From the NCBI GenBank assembly GCA_964035545.1, contig OZ037770.1, positions 2,636,662 to 2,700,661 on the forward strand: a DNA stretch of 64,000 nucleotides, in the 5' to 3' direction. The stretch's first letter is position 1. The number at the start of each line of letters is the position of its first letter. Below, in pieces: positions 1 through 14,500 of the stretch. The notes beneath the pieces are model-generated. The model made no database searches and was not told where the DNA came from. It saw only the letters and a list, made by a program, of their open reading frames with translations. This DNA is from Bugula neritina (Eukaryota; Animalia; Bryozoa). A program made the position numbers and the translations under genes.

Positions 1-321
1 TTTTCACAAACATCAAATTTGTCATTTTCAATGTTCTCATTGATGACATAAGAATCCCCCTACTCAAAATGTAAGCAACAAGAAATTTGACTAAATAAAG
101 AAATATTGGAATTGTCAGAAACCATAAATAAGAATTGTTAATGTTTTAAAAGACATAAATTCAACTGTTGCAATATTAAGATAATTAAGATAAAATAATA
201 TATGTCTATATAGGCATAACGTACTACATAGTATAAATCCGTTTAGAGTCAAATGTCATGCCAAGCTCTTCAAAATCTAACTTTAGCTTTGCACAGTTTC
301 ATAATGGGGTTATGTACTGAA

Positions 322-2525
322 TTAGAAGGTATACTCTCTAATAAAGCCGTGGAAGCCAGGAAACAGGTAAAGTCTTTTATGGTAAGGAAGAGTATTTGAG
401 ATTATAACCAGATTTCTGCTTCTCTCTGAATCTTCATTTGGATACAGTCTTCTGACTAATTTAGTCTGTACCTGTAGAGTAAGTAATAACTATTATAATA
501 TTGTTTATTAATTCACTACTAGCTGTGATAACATGCAAATCTCAGCTGGTAAACTAATTTATCCTATTATGTCTGCTACAGTGATGTGATACATTTACTT
601 GTACTATATAAAATGCAGCAGAACAGTAAGATTAGTTATTAGCAAACTACAAAAACATAATATTATATTAAGGAGGAGAGAAGGTCTCTATATAGTGAGC
701 TAGTATACTAAAGAAATTAAAGCAACAAATGCTAAAATATACCATTTTAACCGAGGAAAGCCAGAAGTTACACTTTGTCGCTCAAAATAGTCCAATGCCT
801 CTTTCAATTACCACAAAAGGGTTTGAACATATAGCAATGAAATAAATGATATAATGTGAAATACTTTCTTTAATGAAAGTTCAAAGAGCCAAAAGGTTTG
901 TTAGTCTTAAACTCACCTGCTGAAAGATGGTGTAGAGATCACGGTGACAAGCATGTTTGTATATTGAAGATACTAAAGCTCTAATCATAGGAGATCCATA
1001 ATCAAGATGTCTCTCTGATGCTATAATAAATGTATATACAGCCAAAATTCAGGTCTAGCAAAGCCAAGCCTAAGACATTCTAGTTATAGTGAAACATAAT
1101 TTTAATCTAAAAGTTCTGGAACATATTTTACTCATTTCAGTTTAGAAACTGGTTGAAAACACAAGCTTATACAAAATGTGGGGGCAATACAATAAAAAGC
1201 AAATAATTTTCTAGATTATACATATCAGGCGCTGCAGTACAGAAAAATTAGCAATAATCACCATCTCTTACTGTACTTACAGCAGACGTTACTCTTCAGA
1301 ACGAGAAGATCATCAACATTCAGTTCAGTTCTAAACTTTTCTATTCTAGGATCTGGGGGTAAGGCAGGTCTGATGGGTCTCATTACACTGGGTGTTTTGG
1401 GGTATTCAACATCATCATTAGCTTCAGATGGCAATGCAGAAGAGACAGCTTCAGTTTCTTTTTCTGGAGTTGCTGCATGACCTGATCTGCCTGAATTGCT
1501 GTCAATATTTGCTACAAGAACATCATTTAAACTTGGTTAGTGCAAGCAGAAATTAGCACTCAGACACTAAATGAATGCGGAAAGTGCTTTTCACAGAGTT
1601 TTGTAGATTACTTTCACTACTCAACAAAAATGACGGTTTCCATTAAAAAACAGTGATTACCTCCACTGCTGGCTTCTAAGATGACAACTTTAGGTTTTCT
1701 CCTCATTCCGTCGAAATACAAAGGAGTGAGTAAATCATATAGTTTGGTGAGGTTGACCTTCTCAAGGTCAGTTCCATAGATGCAGTTATCTTTTCCACCA
1801 TGAGTCATAACAACCAGTATATGACATCCTAGCTTTTTGTTTTTCTCTTCTTTTACCTCAGATTTCACAGTAGACAATATCTCCTAGAATATTTAAATAG
1901 TATTTTTAACCAAATCCTCAAACATTCTGAATACCAAAAATTATAACTATAATTATTGTAACTCAAACTTTATAAAGCCACATGGTTTTCAAAAAAACTT
2001 TTTAGTAGTAAATGATACAATCATTTGGTAAGATAATACATTGGCAAAGTCAATCAGCTGTGCTGTGATATTAACTTGTAGTTAGAGGAGAACCTTTCTT
2101 TTAATCAGGTTTAACAAAAAAATGAACAGTGGTTTAAAAGCAAACATGCCAAGTTTTCTACCAAGTTTGAAAAATCCTCACAATATTGCAAAATTGTGTA
2201 TAATTATTCTTTTATCTAACATAAAAATTATTATAAGTGAGATCAAAAAGGACTTAAAATAAGGTTTTGCGAAGAGGCTGTGAGTTTTGTTCTTATAAAC
2301 AACTAGCAGGCTACTTTGAAAGTGAAAACTGTTTCTCTCAGTCTGAAAACACACATTTGCAGCAAGGTCTGTGTGCGTCATAACATCAAACTTGAGAGAT
2401 TTCAACATGGCAGACATATTCTCAACATCAGCATCTGAACCTTCCCTGCATAAGTCTGGTCTTTCAACAAAGTTCTTGTTGTTTATTATAAGAGCTCTTC
2501 CTCTCTCTCTGCTCATACTGAACAC
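322..2525 (-). CDS. Caspase-like p20/linker/p10 domain (5 exons); catalytic Cys replaced by Ser
   Basis: Motifs [32 protein letters not shown] (catalytic His), [12 protein letters not shown] (canonical KPKxxxxQACxG), [34 protein letters not shown]. Confidence 0.9.
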
Positions 2526-5500
2526 CTGAATACAAGTGTATTTAGAATATAATTTTATAAGTGTACACACACACACACATGCGCGCGCACGCAAACGCGC
2601 ACACACACGCGCACGCACGCACACACACACACACAATAAATTAATTATCTGCAAATTTGGTTATCTATAACTAAAAGGAGCCTGTGGAAGCTAGAATAAT
2701 CTAGTGAAGTTTGAGGGTTTAGTGTCCAAAAGGGAACTGCTAAAACTTATGTTCATTAGCTGACACATTCACCTTGTCAGTATTTGAGAAGAGTTGCTTT
2801 ATCCGTGGGTTGGTTGTTGGCTTTAGTTCAAGTTGTATTAATTTCAGGCCTTCCTTGTTCTCTTTATCAGGGTACAGATTGTCATCATCTTCCGAGAGAT
2901 CACTCAGATCATCATCTGATTTGTCTGCAGTCATATGATTGGGGTGATTAATGCCAGCATTTGAAACCATAGACAACATATCTTGCTTATTCATCAGAAG
3001 AAGCAATAAATTTTTTTAAAAAGGCACAATTAAACATATTTTGAAAATAAATGTATAGCCAAATAATTGCAAAGCCTATATAATTTTTCCAATACTGTGG
3101 GTTCAAAAAGTAAGTTCTGTCCTGAAAGTTTACCGTTTGATTTGTTCTGTTCACTTCGGAGTTTGAGCTCAGAAAGGAATTTTTTAAATTTATTTGTTTC
3201 TGTTTCAGACAAAGTCTCACCTAAAAAATACAGACAGCATTAGTTATACTATATCTTGATGAAAGTCATTAGACTAATATGTGATAAAAAAGAGCTATGT
3301 TTGTAAGTTGAAATTTTATAAATTAAAATGAAAATGCAATAAAGTGCTGTGTAGCTTTCTAATTTCCATCTATTATTAAAATTCATTAATGCAGGACAAA
3401 GAATTAGATATGATTTGTTACTGTAAGACTATTTAAAATATATTATCAAGAAATTTAGAAGTGAATCATATGTGTAAACATACATGGGTGAAGTAGAGCA
3501 CTGGGTATCTCTTCACCATTACACAGTATCTTCGAAGATCCATGGCACTTGTCGACATCGGATGGCAGTCGGCTTTTCAAGGAACGAAAACACCATTTAG
3601 GATGCAGAAGCTTTTCAGGGCAAGAAACCCCTAGTATGAGACAGTGAGCACAAATGCAGGCGGTGACTGGTCGACTAGCAGTCCAAGTTTCCATCACATG
3701 TCTGAGGATGTTGTTGTTGGCTAAAATGAGCTTCTCCCACATCCTGGAAATGTGAGCAGAATCAGATGACACATAGAGTAAGACTCTTCTAGAATCATAA
3801 TCATGTGTCAGCTGTGTGTAAATTTCATCTTGATAGACATTAACTCCATTTCCCTTCACCTCCATCGTAGCAAACTCGTCAGAAAATAGTTCTAACAAAC
3901 CAACTGTCATTTGATGGTACACATGCCGTGGTAATGCAAGACCATTGAATTGTGTTTCGGTATGTAACAGCAGATCCTTGGGTGATGTGTATGAAACACT
4001 GTAATGATCCTTAGCAAACTGTGGAATGATGAAGTACGGCTCATGAACATTTCTTTCCAGAGGGCCGTACAACAAACGGAATGTTTTAAGCAAGCAAACG
4101 GCAATTTCAACATCATGAGAGCTTTTGAATAAAGTTTCCTCTGCAATCAAATATGTTAAAAGAGATATCATCATCAAGCCTGTTTTTTCGAAGTGATTCA
4201 CAAATTCTCCAAACTCTTGTTTCTCCAGTCTCAACTCTTCACTAGAAAAACATGGTTTAAAATGATCAACTCGACTCTTCCAGATGTCTGGGTCATGATG
4301 ATACAAAACACAGAGTAGTTTGGTAACTTCTGTGATCTTGTGAAATATGTATGGTTTAAGTGCTTCAATATTTTTATACCACAAAACTTTGCCGCAGTCA
4401 TGCATGTATGTGAGAATGGTATCTAGCTGGTCTGGCTCAACTTCAATGCCTGCTTTTCTCAGTTCAGGCAAAATAAACCAAAAAGAGCTAAAGGCTCCAG
4501 GCAAAGACGAAACTTTTTCATTCACTTTCTCCCAGATCAGTGGCAAAGGCTGAACAAAGTGCTGACTACTTTTAAGAAGTGAGCTCTTTATCGAATCAAA
4601 CTCAGCATACTGGTCTTCCTTTCCAATTTGATAAGTATCTTTACTGGCAAACACCTTTCCACTTGATGAATTAAAATGCTGAATCTTTGCAAATTCTCGA
4701 TCTAAACTTTTTTCTTCATCAAGAACTTCTTTGCACAGCTGTTCAAATATCTCAAGAAAACTATCTTGAAGCTGCTGAAATTTTTCGCTCTGAAACTTAT
4801 CTTTGTGTGTGAAGACTAGTTTAGGTGGGCCAAGAGATGGATGGGTAAGATAGAGGTGGGACATGAAGTTAAAAGCCAACTTTCTGACAGCCTCTTTGTT
4901 TGTAAACTTATTTGAAATCTGATCAAACTGCTCCATGTTGACTACAATTACCGGTACGCAATTTTGTCTCAGTGTTAAATGGTATGTGATATGGTAGACC
5001 TCTTGGCCTCCCATATCTATGAGACGAAGAGTAGTACCATTCACCTCTACCTCTTCCACATTAAACACTTTTGTGGTTTCATCCTGTTTTGCATTAGGAC
5101 TTCTGTCAGTCAGAACTCTTTTCCTGTCACTGCTTTGTAATGTTTGGATTAAACTGGTTTTTCCTGCCATTGTGTTCCCCAAAACAACTATTGTAGCAAA
5201 TGGCAAGTTTTTACCAGCACCTTTAGCCAAGTCTTTGTAGTATTGCTGAACAGAATTTAATCCTCTTCTGCATATTTCTAGCGGTGGAGATGTAAGATCA
5301 AAACATCCACCTGTATCGAGAGACTGAAGTTGTGTTAGCTGTAGTATGTCAGGGTTCAAGAATGTCATGGAGCTGTTGTAGGATATATTCAGTGTGTGCA
5401 GATTACTCATTGTGCACACTGAAGGTGGGAGACTGGTGAAGTTATTAAATGATATGTTTAGTCTCTGTAACTTCTGTAGTCTCTGTATTCTAATAACATA

Positions 5501-8500
5501 TAATATTTCTATTATCAGCATAAACCAGAGGTAAGTGATCTACTATATGTCATGAGCAAACAATGATAATACACCAATACCTATACACAGAGCAGTGATA
5601 AGCAACAGTGACTTGTACAAAGCATGCTGACATAGTAGGCTACAGTAAATAAATGTCATTTTAAAAATGTGCCTAATAGTACAGAATATGGGCATTGTTG
5701 CAATCGTCATATTATTATATGTTTAAAATTTAAAATAATATTATTTATAAGAATTCATAGAAAATTATGAATCTATTCAGTTCCAATACTAAATACGTAC
5801 TGTATATACTGCCATTTAAACATAACATAATACTATACATCACACAAAAATATAGTTATATATGTACACCAGTTAGTATCTACATGTTCATACTGATCTT
5901 CTACTATAGATGTAATCAAAAAGACAAAAGTAATTTTATACTGCGGGACAGACAACATTATAAGCATGTGATATAAAACAGTTATTATCTCATAAAAGAA
6001 GCGTTGTGCTGATTTTGTAAAATGTGTTCAGGCGATTTCAGATGAAACTATAAATTTCTCTCCAACAATAATATATTTATTAAAACGATTTTATAGTGAT
6101 ATGAGAGTATATTATTATACTCTCATATCACTATAAAATCGTTTTAATAAATATTCACTAAAATCTTGTAAACATAATTTTATAAATTATACAAGCTAAC
6201 TTGCTATCGTGAGCTACAAGTTAATGAAATGCCATTATCATGTTCCATATCTTGAAAGGCAGCCTATCTTGGTTCTAAATATAAATAAATGTTAAAAAGA
6301 ATGTATTGTATTACCAGAAACAAAATACATTTTGACTGTTAATGCTGAGAGTGGAAACAGACAGCTGTTGTAGCGAGTGCCAAACACCCAAACAATATTC
6401 GAAATTGTAATTATACTTTTTTGTTCTTTCCTCCTAGCCTTGCAATATATTGTTAGGTTATTAATTTTCTAAAACAAAGCTAAAGTAGATGCTCAGTTCT
6501 GTGACTATCTTGATGTGTATTATATAAACCAGAGCAAAGACATGCAGCAACAAATCTTCCGACATCTTTTAGCCTACTTTTGTAACATAATTTTAATAAT
6601 AATAATTTGATACAATCAAAAATAATACTAATCCTGCATGTATACTGAGTCATGAATATTTGAAACGCTAGCACAAAAGAATATTAAAAAGAAACAGCCT
6701 GCATGTGGCAGTGATAATGCTGTGAAGAATTTACAGGTTTTTGAAAAGCAAGAATTGGTACAAAACCAGAGCAGAATCAGTACTGGATAATGAAATAGTA
6801 AAACTCTTGTGAGATTTCAACATACACACCGACAGAGTGAAGCTATAGGAGGCTGGATATAGTGACAGTTAACAAGCGTTACATTGCTAAAGTAATGCTC
6901 ATGGAACTAGTCCTCTCTTGTGACCATAGAGCAAAAGAGAGAAAATCAGAGTAGATAGGAAAATATTATAGGATTCAGCAATAGAAACAAAATTATTTTG
7001 GAAAACATCAAGAAAGGTCATTGCTATTAAAATTGGGGCCCTTGGAGCTGCATACAAGACTCTAGATTGGATGGTACTACTTGGAGTAGCTGAGAATAAA
7101 TACTCCATAATTCAGCAGACAACATTACTTATAGGATCAGCTCACATCTTGAGAAAAATAGAACTAAGCTGAGGATAGAAGGTTATGCCAGCAAAAATAG
7201 CTATATATACATAGCAATAATAATAATAATAATGATATAGTCCTATTATACACAACTTTTATAAATGTACGTCAGTTAACAGCCGATACCGCTGAAAACT
7301 TAGTCTAAAACAAAAAAGATTTACCTAACCTATTATTGCGTGTAAACTCTAAGTACCTAAAAACTTTCACTTTTAATTTTATTAAAGGCTCGATGACTTT
7401 CATTGGGTGCCATCCCAGATAGACGCTTCCCAGTAAGACCATACGCTAAATTTTTTACTTGGACGCTTTCCCCTTATAGAGGCTTTCCAGCTAAACACTA
7501 TTTATTTATCTCGGTACAAAAGATATTGTATGTGCTATTTATTTAAATATTATTGAAATACATGCATAATGTAATGGATTCTCATCCTCGATTAGTTCCG
7601 AAATAACTGCGTGTATTGTGATTACTGTTGCGTATCGTTTTGGATGCTGTAATTGTAGTAAGCTAGCTTGATAATGCCCAATTTTTGTGATTACTGTTAA
7701 AGCTTTCAACATAATGTAATTTTGCTAAAATACGCATTCCGGAGTTATTTTCTTTTGTGTTGCTATTTTATCGTTTAATACTGATACTGGAAATTTGTGG
7801 TTCGAGTTTCGGCTCTGCCGAATTTTGGAGCTGCTGAATTTCGGACCACAAAAAATCTTTTGTCTACATGTTCTTTTGTTCTCTGTGTATAAAAGCAGGC
7901 GAGTTCCAGTGTAGATTCAGTCTACTACTGGAGCTCGCCTGGGTAAGTCGGAGTTATTTCTGCTACAATAAAACACTTTTTGAACTTTGCTACCTCAACC
8001 TCTCTTGTTCTGCACTAAGTTACATTCAACCCACAAGTTTATCACATTGGTGGCAGCGGTGGGATTCTGAATACTAGTGTAAGAAGAACAAGATGGCTCC
8101 AGGGGGTGAGGAGGCGACCCCTGGAGCAGCAGCAACACCAACCCTCACTGTGGAGGCTTTGGTGACAGCCCTCCGAGAGTTGCAGGAGACAGGGCAGGCG
8201 CCACCTGGTGACAGGTACCGCCTCAGTCCCCTCGATTTTCGGAGGTGACAGGGATGTGGAGCAATTCATCCGGGAGTTCCAGGACGTGGCCACCATCGCT
8301 GAATGGCCAGCTCGGGCGCGCGTCCTCTAACTCAGTGCCTGTTTGACAGGCTGGGCCAAGAGTTTTGCTCTGGGGCCCGATGAAGCACACATCTTGCGTG
8401 CCCTAAGGACCAGGTTTGGCATGACGTCAGAGGAAGCGTCTGATCGCCTACAGGTCATGAGAAGGAACAAGAGAACATCATTGGAGGACCACGCCAATGA

Positions 8501-11500
8501 GGTGGAACGCTTGGCCCAGGCTGCTTTCAGCCATGCCACTGGACCGGAGAGACAGCGCTTGGTGTACAACGCGTTTTTCCAGAGCATAAATCATCCTGAC
8601 CTCCAACGCTATTGAATGGCTGCCAAGGTGGGCAGCCTGGACGAAGCTCTGGAAACGGGTAAAGCCTATTTCCAGGTGGAGGAGCTTTAAGGGCCAAGGT
8701 TCACCGCCCGCCAGGTAGTCGAGGATGAGACCACCATGCCTGCTAAACCTCAAGTAGCGGCGGCAGCAACTGAGTCATCGGAGCAGACGCAGCTCACCAT
8801 GTTGATAGACATGGTGAAGGGCCTGCAGGCTACGGTGACTGAGTTACAGCGAGGCCAGATGGGTAGGCGGGCTCCCAGAGTACGGGACGACCCTACCCGC
8901 CCCTTTCAGCTTACCTGCTGGGAGTGCGGAGCACCAGGACACGTGCGGAGACACTGTCCGAAAGGCAATCTGCCTTTAAACAACCAAGGCTCACGATAAC
9001 TTCCGCCGACCGTGGGCCCCAAGCCAATCCCATCCAGGACAGGGCTCAGAGGAAGACTGAGAGGACCTCGATGGAGCTTGCTGATACTAAGTGGAAGGCG
9101 CCACGGAGATCTCGGAGACTGAAAGGTCTGCTCGATCCTCCTGCCATGCAACTCAAAGCCCGGATGAAGTCAACAGACTCAGGATGGCAGACACCTCGGA
9201 GATCTCGGAGACCGCAAGGTCTACCCGATCCTGCGGCCTGGCCACTCCAGAACCGGTTCGTGGGGTTGCCCGAAGAGGTTGTGGAGGAGGACTCAGCTTA
9301 TTCACAAGAGTACCCCAAGCTGCCCTCCCGACCTCAGAAAACCCCCGTCGTCTCTAGGACGAAGAGGAGGCCCGCTGTGCGGACCCAAGTTGTGTCTCCC
9401 CCAGAGACTAACCGCTCCAGGAGCACCCAGCCGTACGAAAGCAGCTACTTCCTGCCCGGAAAAATTTCAGGCAAAGCTGCCACATTCCTACTGGATACTG
9501 GGTGCACTACAAACCAGCTGAGTAGGCGTCTCTTTGACACTCTTGGTGCCCGAGAGCGAGCAAGCCTGGAGCCGTACGAAGATGCACATGGTACGGACGG
9601 ATCATGTATTCCTTTTTACGGCGTTATTATGCTACCTGGACGCGTCCGTGATCAAGTGATTAACGAGACGTTCATAGTCAGCCAGCTGAAGGAGAACGCC
9701 ATTCTGGGATTGCCGTTTCTGGAGAAACACCAGTGCCGCATGGATTTCCAGAAGTCAGTGGTGGTGATGGCTGGAAGAGACCTTGTCTGTGTGGACAAGT
9801 TCGGCAGGCCCTTGGTGGGCGGAGTCCAGGTAGTGCGGGACTGCACGGTTCCGGGGATATTACAGGCAACTCTCCGCTGCAGAGTCAACTGTAAGGAGAT
9901 CGCCAGCCTGGGAGTGGTTGAGGGAACGCACGGAGCGATCCGACTAGCAAACAGCCTGAATCGGCTAGACTGTCGGCAAGAGCTCCTCGTGCAGTGCATC
10001 AACCCCTTCACGAAACCTGTCCAATTATCGGCTGGAGCACTAGTGGGGAAGTACCACTCTATCCAGGAGGCAGATGTGGGGCTGGCACTAGAAGCAGTGG
10101 CCGACACCCAGGGAAACCCCCCCCGCACTAGCCGAGGAACAGTCCCGGAGCATGTGGCTGACCTATACGGTGGAGCGAGTGGAAACTGTAAGAGTAGTAC
10201 TGAACGCCAAGCACTGGCTCAACTACTCACGGAGTACAGTGATGTCTTCAGTCATGGCGGTGGAGACATGGGGCTGAATAAGGTTATCTCTCACGAGATA
10301 CCCCTGGCAGCCGGCACCACTCCCATCAGGCAGCCCACCCGACCTCTAGGCCCAGAGAAGGAGAAGGAGGTGAGCCGGTAGGTGGAAGATCTTCTTGATC
10401 GGGATCTGATTGAGCCTGCCCACGGTGCGTGGAGCTCTCCAGTAGTCCTGGTCAAGAAGAATGATGGTAGCTGGAGATTCTGCGTAGATTACCGCATACT
10501 CAACAGCGTTACCATCTAGGACGCCTACCCTCTCCTACGGATAAATGAGTCTCTGGATACCCTCGCGGGTAGCAAGTACTTTAGTACTTTGGATCTGCTT
10601 AGCTGGTACTGGCAAGTGCCCCTCAGTCCTGATGCTCAGGACAAAGCAGCATTTATTACTCAGGACGAGCTCTGGAAGTGGAAAGTACTGCCATTTAGAC
10701 TAACGTCCGCCCCGGCAACTTTCCAACGACTCATGGAGCAGGTCCTCAGTGGATTACACTGGAAGACCCTCCTAATTTATCTGGACGATGTCATTGTAAT
10801 CTCCCCAGACTTTTCGACTCATGTCAGTCGTCTGCAGGAAGTCTTTGACCGTCTCCGGGCAGCTGGACTGAAGCTGAAGCCCTCCAAGTGTGCTTTCCTG
10901 CAGCCGGAAGTCACGTACCTAGGCTATGTGGCTGGCTGTGACAGGGTCGCTACCGACCCGGAGAAGGTACAGGCTGTGAAGGAGTGGGCTGTCCCCCGTG
11001 ACCTCCCTTAGTTGCGAGCATTCCTGGGCCTAGTAGGGTACTACCGGCAGTACATACCTGGCTTTGCAGGAGTGGCTCAGCCGTTAAATCGGCTGACCGC
11101 AAAGGGGGTCCGGTGGCAGTGGACACAGGAGGAGCAGCAGGCATTCGACCACCTCAAGCAACGGCTAATGGAGGCGCCAATTCTGGCGTACCCTGATCCA
11201 GCCAAGGAGTACATCCTGGACACCAACGCAAGCGACCACAATGTGGGAGCTGTTCTGTCTCAGGTCCAGGGTGGAAGCGAGGTGGTTGTGGCTTATAACA
11301 GCAAGACTCTCGCGGCCGCCGAGAAGAACTACTGCACTACTAGGAAGGAGCTCCTAGCAGTAGTCAAGGCGGTCAAGCACTTTCGGCCATATCTGTAGGG
11401 GAGAATGTTCCGATTGCGAACAGACCATGCATCACTGATATGGCTGTGTAAACGTGTGGAGCCTTCGAGCCAGGTAGCTCGTTGGCTGGAGATTCTTGCT

Positions 11501-14500
11501 GAGTTCTCCTACCGGATAGAGCACCGTGCTGGCCGGAAGCACGGGAATGCCGACGGCATGACTTGTTGGCCGGTAGAGGACTGCAAGCAATGCCTGCATA
11601 TAGAGAGACAGAACGGGGGACCCGCTCGCCTTGACGTAAAAACAGAATTAGGGGAGGGCGCCGTCTATCGGTGGGAGCATGGCCATCTTCGGACCGAAAC
11701 CCACTCTGACGACGTCCAGGTACTTTGTGCCAACCCCACTCTGTATCAGCACGTCAAGGAACTGTGCCGACTCCAGGAGACGCTACCCGGCGTAATAGTG
11801 GACATATTTCGAGCCAAGAAGGAGGGCCGATGACCTAGCGAGGAACAGCAGCGGCAGGGAGACGTTGAGTTCCAACTCCTCTGTCATCGCTGGAATTCCC
11901 TCAAAGTTAGTCCTGAAGGCCTCCTGATGATGACGCTAGCAGCAGACAACCGTCAGCAGGAGAGAGACCGCGTCATCTGTCCATGCGCTCTCCGACGGGA
12001 ACTGATTTGGGACACCCATAAGCAGGCTCATTCAGGAGTCAGTCGAGTCATTAGGTGTCTGCAGCTGCATTGGTACTGGCCCGGAATGACTCAGGACATA
12101 CGACTGCGGGTACGGTAGTGCGAGGTCTGCCAAGCTAGTAAGCATGACCGCCCCACGGAAACCACTGGTTGACGCCGGCTGTACGCTGGTCGATCGTGGC
12201 AAGTAGTGGCGGTGGACCTCGTTGGACCTATGCCGTTATCCGCCAGAGGGAACACCTGGATACTGGTGCTCACGGACCACTTGACCCGGTGGGCAAATGC
12301 TCTGGCCATTCCAGACGCATCGGCTCCCACGGTGGCCCGGGCTCTGGACCAAAACGTATTCTTCTACCTCGGTTTACTCGAGCAGATACATATAGACCAG
12401 GGCACCCAGTTCCAGTCTCAGCTCATGGGAGACCTCTGCCGGATATGGGGGGTGAACCAGAGTCGGACCACTCCATATCACCCGCAAGGGAACGGAGTCG
12501 TCGAGCGGAACAACAGGATGTTGGGTGACGCCCTCAGGAGCCTACTCCTCGGTTGAGGTCAGGAAGAATGGGAGGTGGCGCTGCCACAAATCATGCGGGC
12601 TTACCGCAGCACACCACGCTCCACTACACAGGAGACTCCAAACTTCTTGATGGTAGGACGGGGGACGCGGGTTCCGGAACACCTGACATACCACGTTCCC
12701 GCCCCCGAGTCGCCAGTACATGAGTACATGGGGAGACTGATAGAGATCATGGGTAAAGCCCATGACGCACTGCAGGCCCAGCAATGGCAGATCCATACAG
12801 AAGACTTAGAAGAGCCTCCATTGTACCAGGTGGGAGACTGGGTCTGGATGGTGAGCTACTGTAGGCGACGCGGACAGTCGGCTAAACTTTAGCCCAAGTT
12901 CGTGAGTCCCTACTGCGTGGTGGAGGTGCTGCGCAACCACACATACCGTGTGGAGCGCTCTGGACAGGTTTCAGTTTAGAGCGAGCAGCGCCTGAAACCA
13001 TACTATGCCAGCCCAGACGCGGTGGGTCAGGCTCCACCCCTCTTGGAGCCCAACCGCCAGCCCAACCATCAGGGGAGGGCCACCCAACCCCGAGAGGTGG
13101 AAATTGTCATCCGAAGGGAGGCAGAGCAAGAGCAGGCTGCCCTGCTGGAACAGTTGGAACAGCAACAAAGGCAGGAGCAGCAGCAACAGCAGCAGCAGGC
13201 CCCAGGGCCACCACCCTTCTCGGAGGAAGACAGTCCTACCCGTGTTACAAGTGAAGGCGGGGACCCCCTACTGTGGTAACGGGAGAGCAACTGGCACCAC
13301 CAGCGCCTGCACAGCCAGAAAGGAGCCAGAGAGCTAGGAAACTACCCAGATATCTGGCGGATTGCCAAGTGGGACACATGGAAATGTCCCCACGGAGGAG
13401 TGGTACACCCAGTACGGGTAAAAACTTTGAGCCTCAGTTGCAAAACAGCCCTGGCAGTACAGGACTTCTCCAAAAGCAACAACCCGCAGACCAGCACAGT
13501 CACCTGGACAACAGGTGCCCAGCTCTTTCGGGTAATGTTGGCCGAGTTAGGTGGCGATACCCCATACCTATGACTGACTTGGACCCCCCTCCAGAAAAGG
13601 AAGATGAGGCCACGACCCTACTACCCGCCCAGCTGATTAGAGATGGCGCTACCGCAGCCACCACCCAGCCTCTACAGGTAGCGTTGGCAAGACTGGGCAA
13701 GGAGCCTGGAGCACCAGGCAGCCAGATAGAAGAGAAGACCCAGCTGACCTACTCACACTTGCTCCGTCACCGGCAGAGTATGGCACCTCCTTACCGAGAG
13801 TGTGTCCTAGATAGTGCAATCCAGGCCTGGTCCAAGATCCTTGACCGATGTACAGAAGAGATAGAGAGCCTGGTGCACTATCTCCAATGACTGAACCGGA
13901 CAACTAGGAGCCACCGGCATTAGCCCCCTGGATTGTATCTATTGTGGGTGCTAATACGATTGTTATATCATTGTGACACGCGTGATTAATCATAATACTT
14001 TTCTGTTAACCACATATTTTCCATTTTTGTGTTTTTTTTTTGTGACCTGTTTTGTACAAACACCTTGTTTCTGTTATCGAAAAGGGGATGCTTTTCGATG
14101 CGGGAGAATGTAATGGATTCTCATCCTCTATTAGTTCCGAAATAACTGCGTGTATTGTGATTACTGTTGCGTATCGTTTTGAATGCTGTAATTGCAGTAA
14201 GCTAGCTTGCTAATGCCCAATTATTGTGATTACTGTTAAAGCTTTCAACATAATGTAATTTTGCTAAAATACGCATTCCGGAGTTATTTTCTTTTGTGTT
14301 GCTATTTTATCGTTTTGCATTAATACTGATACTTGAAATTTGTGGTCCGAGTTTCGGCTCTGCCGAATTTTGGACCACAAAAGATCTTTTGTCTACATGT
14401 TCTTTTGTTCTCTGTGTATAAGAGCAGGCGAGTTCCAGTGTAGATTCAGTCTACTACTGAAGCTCGCCTGGTTAAGTCATAGTTATTTCTGCTACAATAA

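Noticed and set aside
3134-3220. PYD/DED-like helix [13 protein letters not shown]
   Set aside because: Only 29 aa, too short for a six-helix death fold.
3455-5521. Stand-alone 688-aa single-exon ROCO gene
   Set aside because: Both ORF ends are intron-like and are cut by in-phase splice sites at 5490 and 3483 that link to the LRR and caspase exons.
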